A stretch of DNA of 64,000 nt from positions 287,866,001-287,930,000 of the forward strand of contig OZ024740.1 of assembly GCA_964016885.1 (NCBI GenBank). Reading direction: 5' to 3'. This document shows positions 54,576 through 64,000 of this stretch, in pieces. Position 1 is the stretch's first letter. Each line of letters opens with the position of its first letter. Both the position numbers and the translations under genes were made by a program. Origin of the DNA: Eledone cirrhosa. Lineage: Eukaryota. The notes beneath the pieces were generated by a model. That model was not told the origin of the DNA. It was given only the letters and a program-made list of their open reading frames with translations, and ran no database searches.

Positions 54576-54875
54576 TATATATAGGCTTAAAAACAGGAAT
54601 ATGAATAAGAAGAAAGCAAGAATTGGGGGGGGGGGAGTTTTCCTCATCAGTTGTCTACTGGGGGTCTCGGACATTTCAGCGCTTTAAAGACAATATATCT
54701 ACCCCCAGAGCGTTCAATAACTGGGTAAGTTATTGGAAAAATGGAGGAGGGAGGGAAGGAAAATAGAAGGGAAAAGGAAAAAAAGGGAAGAAAAGAGAAA
54801 AACTGAAAAAAACAACAAACTGAGGAATGTGCGAGCAACTTAAAGTAAGAAAATCCAAGTCCACATCGATAGCTG

Positions 54876-54940
<65 letters not shown>

Positions 54941-55094
54941 AACAAGTATGACCCCGACGGCAGAGCTCAAGCCGTTTCAACGGCTATTTCTGCAGAAATA
55001 GCCGTCGAAACGGCTTGTACCCACTCTACTACCCTAAGTATTGAGTACTTTGGTGCGTTATGATCCATCTGGTTCCTTACCACAATTCCTTCGT

Positions 55095-55136
<42 letters not shown>

Positions 55137-55898
55137 AACACACACACACAGACACACATACACACACACACATACACACCGTATAAGCCGATCCAAGTAT
55201 AGGTGAACTCCTGTTTTATGTCTGACAAAGGAGCAAAAATCCAAACCTCATTTATAAACCAAGGCAGCTAATCACATTATGTTTAGATGGTGCAGTTTTG
55301 AACTTCTCATGAGTGGAGAACATCTTTATGAAGTTTTAATATTTTGATATTTAAAATGTTTTAAGAGTCATTTAGAGTATAGTTTTTGTTTCACAACTCC
55401 ATTACATGATGATTTTTTTTACTATCTATCTGTGTTGAACAACTGCCATGATATTTCATAACAGAAATTAGAAAAATTTTGTTTTCCATTATGATCCATA
55501 TTTATATTATTGAGTGAGCTAAATTACAGTAAATTTGTCATCTTTGGTAAATGTGTAGACACCCTGATATACAAAGGTGGCAGCAGAAGTCAACTCTTAC
55601 AGCTACACTTTTATCTCAAATTTTCTCTGGTTTATCCAATATTTCGTTTAACAGTATTCAGTTTAATGAGGATTTACTATATTAATAATAATTCTTTCTA
55701 ACATTAGAACAAGGCCAGCATTTGGGGGAAATGAAAGATGACTATATTGACACCCAATACTTAACTGGTACTTTATTTTATCAACTCTGGAATGTAGAAA
55801 GTTGTAACTAAATACCAATTCTGCCAAGCTATAATAATAATTTTGAGTTTCATTGTTTTTCTTTGTTTTTAATTATTTTTTATGTACATTCTTTTTAG

Positions 55899-55940
55899 AT
55901 CTTGTCACTGAGTGATGACGATGATGACACCTCTTTATAA
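55899..55940 (+). CDS. ATG7: ATG7 terminal coding exon q (ILSLSDDDDDTSL*)
   Basis: Long pyrimidine tract + tttttag; acidic tail comparable to vertebrate IWDMSDDETI; TAA stop. Confidence 0.85.
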   Translation: MLSLSDDDDDTSL

Positions 55941-58900
55941 TGGTTCACTTTGGATGACTTCCCAAGAAAAAAAGATACTATCAAAGACAATTCTTTATAG
56001 GTCAGTGAAAATGGATGGCGGAATGTAAAAATGTAAAAACAACAAAATATCATCACTGACCTTCTTCATTTGAATTTTTCTTTCCTTGTAGAAATTCTTT
56101 TACTCATGAACCTCTCTCCCATTGTCCACTATATTATATTTATATTGACTACCTCACCATTACCCTCTACTTTGCCTTTTGACCACTTTCTCTTCCTTTG
56201 GACCAATATATTATATTTTACCCACTGCCATGGTCCTTTTGTTTAACCCTTTTATCTAAATATATTATATTATTTTTCACTTTGGTGAATTAGCGGTGAA
56301 TTGGCAGTATCGGTAGAGCATCAGACACCATGCTTTGCAGCATAGAGTTATGGCCCTTTACGTTCTGAGTTCAAATCCTGTCGAGGTTAGCTTTGTCTGT
56401 CATCCTTACAGGGTTGGTAAAATAAAGCACCAGTAATGCACTGGGGTAATTACTGGCCTTGTGCCAAAGGTAGAAACAACTATTTTTCACCCTACTTGTT
56501 TATATTTTAATTTCTATTCTTTCTCCACCCCTGTTGTTCATTATATTATTTTTGTATACCCACTCAATATTAAGGTGGCACATTGGCAAAGTCATTAGTG
56601 TGTTGAATTTAAACTGTTTCAGTACTTGTTCCAACTCACTGTGCTCTGAGTTCAAATCCCGTTGAGGTTAACTTTGCCTTTCATCCTTTTGAGCTCAATA
56701 AATATAGTATCAACTGGAGTTGATTCTTTTTATATCTCTTACTTACTTCCCTTCTCATTCTCTTTTTCTAGAAGAAATCGGCTATGATCAGATTTTAACA
56801 TCGCGAGTTAAAGGCCCTCTCTAGCCCTATATTCAGTTTATATTACTACACCCCTATGTGCAATTATATTATCCTTGAGCCTCCTCTAGTCCATTATCTT
56901 AATTTGTTATACCTCTGTGATCCATTATTAATTTTCTATGCTTACATTATGTCTTACATAATATTATTTTTCTATGCCCCTATAGTATATTAAAGTGACA
57001 AATTACTTTTTTATCTTTTTGAGGTAAATAAAAAAGCACCAGCTCAGTACTGGAGTTGGTCCTTCCCCTATGTCTCTGTTTTCCTTTCTCTCACTCTCTC
57101 TTTCTTTGGAAGAAATCGGCTATGAGAAGACCTGGAGAGGGATGGGCTCCGCCAGGTTTAAAATGCCCAGGAATGGCATCCCTATATGTTCATCATGAAC
57201 TAAGAGCCCTCTTTACCTACCCACTGTCTTCCGTTATATGACTTACTATTGTACTATGTCCCTATGTTTCATTATATTATTCTTAAATACCCTAGTAATC
57301 CATTATATTAATTTGTTGCACCTCTGTGGTCCTCTATTCATTTTCTACATGCCTGTGGTACATTATATTATTTTTCTATGCCCCTATAGTATATTACTTT
57401 ATATACTTTTATGATCCATTATATTTATTTTTTACATCCATGCAGTCTACTATTTTTTATTTTATGCAATATCTACTTCCCAATATACATATATACATCT
57501 ATTACATATAAACCTATTAGATATCACAGGATACACATATATTTACATATCTACCACAGTTGGTTCAATCTTCATTGTGTAGCTTCTACAATTCCATCAC
57601 TACCAATATACTTTACCCACTGTAAAAGTAGATGTAAAAAAATGATGATGATGATGAATTATGTGAAGCAGTGAAATAAGAAAATAACCAAGATCAATAT
57701 TTATATGTTGGTGAACCTCCCTCAGTTTTGACGATGAGTGTTGCAATTGGTTTATCAATGGATCAACCTGCTTGAAAGTAACGTGCCAGTGACTGAGCAT
57801 TCGACTGACACACATAACTTTAATGTAATTTTCATGTGTGTGACAATGCTGGCCTTTTTGAATTATAGTTACAACTCATTTTTCCAGTTGGGAGGACTGG
57901 ATTAATGTGAAATCAAATGTCTTGCTCAGGGGCATAACTAGGAATTGACCTCACAACCTAGTGATTGGGAGCCAAACACTCTAACCGTTTGGCCATGTGT
58001 CTTCATACACACATACACACACACACACACACACGCACATGCGTGCTGAATAGGACCTGTCCAACCCTTGCAAGCAGGGAAAGGCGGACGTAGAATGATG
58101 ATGATGATGATGATATATATTTAAAAAAAAAAAATAGGTAGGAATGAAGTGTCAAAGTATCATCATTATATATAAGATACAGAGCTTAGCTTTGTTTTTG
58201 AAAATTAGCCATTACACCATATGGTTAACACAGTGGTCATGATAGTCAAAGATGTGGGTTGTGTCCCATGTATGTTAATGCTCATCCTTTTTCCATTCTG
58301 TGGGTTTTTATAACTCCAACTATTAGACTAATTTACTTAGTCAAAAATACGGTGGAAGCTCTATTTCACTATCTAATCATCATTATATTTATTCAGGTGT
58401 GATGTGCGCTTTGCCATTGATCAGCTCAAGGTACGATCAGTATTGATCGCGCCAAACTCTGGAATCAATAACTAATCAGACTTACGGTTTCTTTAATGAT
58501 ATGCATCATGCACGAATAAATATAATGATGATACTTTGACACCTTATTCCTACTCTGGATTGGCAGTATCGGTAGAGGGTCGGACGCCATGCTTTCTAAC
58601 ATAGTTACGTCCCTTTACGATCTGAGTTCAAATCCCGCCGAGGTTGACTTTGCCTTTCATCCTTACGGGGTCGATAAAATAAAGTACCGGTAATGCACTG
58701 GGTAATTGCTGGCTTTGTGCCTAAAGTAGAAACAATTATCGTTATTATTATAATTATCCTCCATATTTCTGGGGGTGAAGCTTGTGGCAGGTCTTCCAGA
58801 TCGTTTGTCATTTTCTAGGGATGTTCTTTCTCATTTCAAGTACCCATGCCACTTGAAACATTGCGTATGACCCATTGCCTCATTGCCGAAGCATACTCAA

Positions 58901-61900
58901 TGTTGAACGCAAAATTTCACGTTGGCTCTTTGTTCCAACTTCCTGTTCATCACAAAAACCCAAATTTCACAACTTGCAAAGTGAACACAGCGATGTCACT
59001 CGGCACACTAGCGCATGAAGGTCACTGCTAGCTCTTACTGCGCACACAACCGTGTGTTGTCATTCGTTAGCGCACTACAAAACTAGTATTTATATATATA
59101 AGTACCTTTTAAAGAACTGACCTCATTAATATTGATTTTATCTTTTTTAATCTATCAATTTTTTTCTAGTCCCCTTACAATTATTAGCTAATTTATTGTT
59201 TGTTCAAATTTTTCTGTGAAATTGTCTCCCCTAGACTAATCAGATTATCTGCCCTTAGTTTTGGGGCTCTCTCTCACACTATTTTCTTATTTGAGTAAAT
59301 ATTTTTAGGTTCATTTTCTTCAGCACAAGTTGAACAAGTTGGTCCTCAGGGCTAACGAAACGTATGTACCTGTTATGGTGCCGTTGTAGTAAATGGCTTT
59401 AATAATTATATATATATATTTATAGACACACACATGCAGACACTTATATATACATATACATACTCACAGAAACACAAAAATAACTATATTTACCTAAAAA
59501 AGATTATATATTTTGTTTGACTTTTGTTCCATTTTACAAGGTATGTATGTGTTGTATAGAAGGGAAGTTATATAATTTTATGGACTCATTCTGTGAGTGT
59601 GTGCATGCGCGCACACACACACACACACATATATATCCTCTTAATTTTTTTCATTCATTTTTCACACAAGAATGGCTGTTATATGATGATGATGGTCATG
59701 ATGTATATATATATATAGAAAGAGAAATTGTCAACATCATGAGGATTCTGTATAAATGTTATATATCCTTTCGGAATATTGTATACATATCTAACATGGA
59801 AATATTGTACAAATGTTATAACACCTCTATGAAATGTAATGTCCCACTGCCTATATATTGTGTTATATTGCTATATAACATATCAATACATTGTTTAAAT
59901 GTTTTAATACGCACCAAGATATTATTTAAATATACAATAGAAAGATATATTCTATAAATGTAATACAACGTACTGAGATAGTGCATAAATGTTATACAGC
60001 ATGTTGATATAGTGTATAAATATTATACAACACACACATATATTGTATAAACATTATACAACGCATTGATATATTGTTATACAACGTTATACAACACATC
60101 AGTATATTTTATGTTTTGTACACCATTACTATGAAATAATTGTATCTCATTTTAATGTGTGTTTTATATTCTCATGTCTGATGTTTTCAAAATACTACTA
60201 TACTGCCAAGACTAAATCTAGCTGGGTTTTGAGGTCTATTATTATTTTGGGGGGTTCCAAGCAGAGTGCCATTCTTGCCCAGAAATGGACTGAGCGCAAA
60301 CTCTACATGAGAGATTGGTCAATGGTAACAAACACGTACATTGCCTCCATTTTTAATACTGCCTAGCCATTGGGTCTTCCCCAGTTTTCATCTGATCAAG
60401 TTGGAGCATCTGCCTTTTTACTTTTTAGTACTAATATCTTCTGCTTAGAGGGTTTAGTATGCCATGTCTCAAGGTTTCTTAACCTTGGTTCTATGGCTAT
60501 TCCATGCTGCTATTTTAATGCTTATTGCCAGCTTTGCTGCAACATGTTTTTAGGTTTCATAATTTTTCTGTCCAACTGTAGATGTTGTATGAGTTAGAAA
60601 GAGTTGAGAACCTATGCCATAGCTGATGATGGTGAGACTGCTACACTTGCAAAAGTTCTTGTATGATTCCTAGAAAATGAAGTTATTTGTAGAGGCCTTT
60701 TTTGAGATGAGTACATGACAGAGAAACCATTCTGTACATACTTGTACAGTGTTCAACCATTGCTGACTTGTTTAGTGAAACACCTGTTGTATGTAGAATG
60801 AAGCCAACTATCAGCTCAATTCATCATGAATTTTCAGCACCTTTCTTTAGTTGGAAAAGGTAAACAGTTTTGCTCTGTCTGGTGACCATATATATTACAC
60901 CTCGATACTAACATGAACCTAAACATCGAGTGCTCTCCTGGGTGAACCTACAGTAGCTCCACATTACACTCCTTGGAGTTAATTCAGCTTTATTCATGCC
61001 TTATATTTGGGGGAGGACAACATCTGGCTGCTAGGGTAGACAGGTTACCTTGTACACTCGTGACACCTTCTCAATAAACTTCAGCTTTGTTGATGAGTTC
61101 CTGTAACAATTTGGTTTTAGGGTACTATTATTAGGTTGTTAGTAAAATTATTTTTTCAAGAACGATATGTAAATAAAAAATGTACAAAATTCTTTATGTC
61201 AGTATATTATTAGAATATTTATCTGCTTAAATTCTTATAAGTATCTGTTAATATTAAACTATTAACATAATTTAATTAATGGGATGTTAATAAGCCAACT
61301 ATAAATAAATATATGGGGATAATAAAAAACAAAATAATTCTGGGCATGTTTTTGTCTTCTAACCTCAGCAAACCATAGCCTTAATTGTTCAAAGTAGCAA
61401 TGAATTAAACAGTAAAGTAAATGTACAAGATTGTACATTTATTGACAGGAAATAGAATTGTTTAGAAATTAAATAATTCAGAGATGTCATCTACAAGAAA
61501 TACAATAGCTAAGTCAGTGGTAACTTATTTAATGCCGAGAACATTGAAAATTATGTAGAAATTAATATTAACTGTATTGAAGGAATTAAAAATTTAAGAA
61601 AAAAGGTTTTATCCAAACATGGACATTATATTTAGTTTGGTAAGTTACTCCCCTTTCCTTTAAAAAAAACAACCCATATTTCTAATAAAAGAAACTGCTT
61701 ATGATATTCAAATAATTTTGAAAATAAAGAACTTTGAGAGATTTAGTAATTATAACTAACGTTATTAAGTTGGTGTTTGGAACATAGAAGTTTTTACATA
61801 AAATTATGTTCGATGGTTTTTAGATAAATATAAACATTTTAAAACAACAGTTTTGTATCAGAACCACAAATGAGTTCATGTGGTTTGGTATCAAAAAGGT

Positions 61901-62389
61901 TAAAGAAAATACTAAAGAAATTTTAGAAAGTTTTTTGTTAAGCTAGAACCCCAAAATATTCATGGATTACATGAAACTATGAAGATTTACGTTTCACTTT
62001 CCAATAACTATTATACATACTTGTGTGTGTTTTATTTTAACATTCTCATTTTGGGAGTTCCTTTACTACATTAATCATGAAAAGAAAGAAAAAATTCAAA
62101 ACAGACTGCTGTGTTTTAAACATTTTACTGGGCTGCCTCATTCCAAATTATAAAAACTATAGACCATTTTACTCTCAATTTAAAAAATTTTTTTTTTTAA
62201 AACAAAAACAAAAACAATTAAACAAAACAAAATAAAAATGAAAAAAATCTCTACATTTCTAATATATGTTAAAATTAATGTTAACACTAAATAAAATATA
62301 AAACTTTATCAGAAGCTTTTTCCTTACTTCATTTTTTTCATTTCTTTTTCAAAATCTATACCAATATTTTTAATCAAATACAAACATTT

Positions 62390-62594
62390 TATAAGGGTGG
62401 GCTGAAAAGTTCATAGGCTTACTATGAAGGAGTGATTCTAAGGCTGTGAAATCTTGCATGCATTAATTTCAACCCTTCTTATTAATAACTGCATTGTTTC
62501 TTTCCAGAGATTATGTTGAAAAAAAAAAAGACTTCAGTTGGTCATGCCATGAGAGTATCTTGGTCAGCCTATGAATTTTCAGCCAACCATGATA
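62390..62594. mobile_element. Tc1/mariner-type MITE
   Basis: TIRs gggtgggctgaaaagttcataggct / agcctatgaattttcagccaacc. Confidence 0.75.
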
Positions 62595-63564
62595 TTCCAA
62601 GTTCAGCTTTGTTTAAAAAGTGATTCAAATGCTTGAAGCATTGATTTATGGCAGGATTCCTTTTTCTAGCAATAGTTACTTAGGCTATTACTAGAGCTTG
62701 ATCTATATTTTATGAGTAATTTTTTTTTGTTTAAACATATGATTAAAGATAAAGATCTATTGGTTGAGTTTGGAGATTTGCTTTTACCAATATGGTATAT
62801 CAAAATCACATCTCTGTGTGTTGGTAAGGAAATTCAGATTAGCTTATAGTTTTCTTTTTTAAATCTATTCGATTTATTCCATTTTAACTATGGATAAGTT
62901 CATTACAAGTGTGACTCAGGTCAACTTACTTCTCTTTTTGCTACTTTCAGCTAAGTATCTCTGATGTCTCCAGTATCTCAATTCTATAAAATATGTAAAG
63001 TATGTTTTGTAAATAAACTATTTTCAGCTTTAACATTAAAATGTGTTTATTATTACCCCAGAAAATATTTCTCATGAAGCTTTTAATATATAAAAAAATA
63101 GCAAAGCTTTCATATGCTTGTTATGTTATCCAGCCTGAAATCAGTCCTGATCAAGCAGATCTATCATCAAAGGCTTTCCACTAATGACTATTTTGTTATC
63201 CAATATGTTCTTCTGATCTTAGAATATATGATCTTCAATTGGTAAGGTTTTTGTTTTTCTCAGCTGTAATGTGTAATTTTCATAAAACATCTTATAGTTA
63301 CTGAATACAGTGTAACCTTATCTACATTATGAAATTGGAGGTTTAGAGTGAATCTCTTCTCAACCTTATGAATTTGACATTCTCTCTTACAGTGAGCTTT
63401 TTTTTTCACAAACCAACCATGGACTACACTAGCCACCAAATGGGGAAGACAGATGTCATCAAGCTGCAGTTGTCATATTATATAGTTTCTGTATAATAAA
63501 ACTTTTATTATCTGCAGTGACTACAACCACATTACATATGTATGTATGTGTGTGTATACATATG

Positions 63565-64000
63565 TCATTATCATCATCGCTTGTTTTACATCCATTTTCC
63601 ATACTTGTCTGGGTTGGATGGGTCTTTTCCAGCACAGCATTCCTCCAATTGTTGTGGTCCTTCATCATCTGAATTGTGAGCTTCAGTGATTTGAGATCAG
63701 CTCTTACAACCTCTGTCCAAATCTTCCTTAGTCTCCCTCTACTGTAGGTCCCTTCCACTGGGATTTTTTGTCACTTTATCCACTGACCATCATCCATACA
63801 CATCACATGACCACACCAATGCAGTCTTCTCTCCTGCACATTACCTCTGAATCCTCTTATATCCAGCTTTTCTTGCCACTCATACATGCTTTGTCATTCA
63901 TACACATTAACATTGTACACCAATTGGAGCATATTCACTTCATTTCTCTCCAGCCTTCGCATATCTTCTGCATTTATAGGCCATGTCTTGCTACCATGCA
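63565..64000 (-). mobile_element. RTE LINE 3' fragment running off the right edge
   Basis: ERRLHWCGHV, GRLRKIW, (GAT)n-like tail. Confidence 0.88.

Noticed and set aside
56000-63500. A second gene or a defined ATG7 polyadenylation site downstream
   Set aside because: No recognisable coding exon; AATAAA hexamers occur in SINEs or AT-rich DNA and cannot be assigned without transcripts

Overview
This is eukaryotic, AT- and microsatellite-rich DNA. The repeat content (RTE LINEs with (GAT)n tails, tRNA-SINEs, long (TA)n and (TACA)n tracts) suggests an octopod cephalopod, which is an inference. One protein-coding gene spans the window on the + strand: ATG7, the autophagy E1-like enzyme. I read 17 GT-AG exons by hand (8257-55940); they splice in phase into 621 codons plus stop, and the first ~70 residues lie upstream of the window. 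The introns hold an ~8.1 kb 31-bp satellite, four minisatellites, many RTE LINE fragments (carrying a PHD-type zinc finger inside ORF2), a 5'-truncated Penelope-like element (RT + GIY-YIG), a mariner relic, piggyBac-type MITEs and SINEs. The most interesting signal is a set of small non-coding elements inserted in (TA)n tracts. They carry minimal type I hammerhead ribozyme motifs in at least three unrelated families, one with a compensatory U3-A8 core. All four loci have an inverted arm, and three also have a partial tandem monomer. They look like retrozymes or mini-Penelope elements, and a candidate mobilising Penelope-like element with its own hammerhead lies in the same gene. All coordinates and counts were read by eye; no searches were run.
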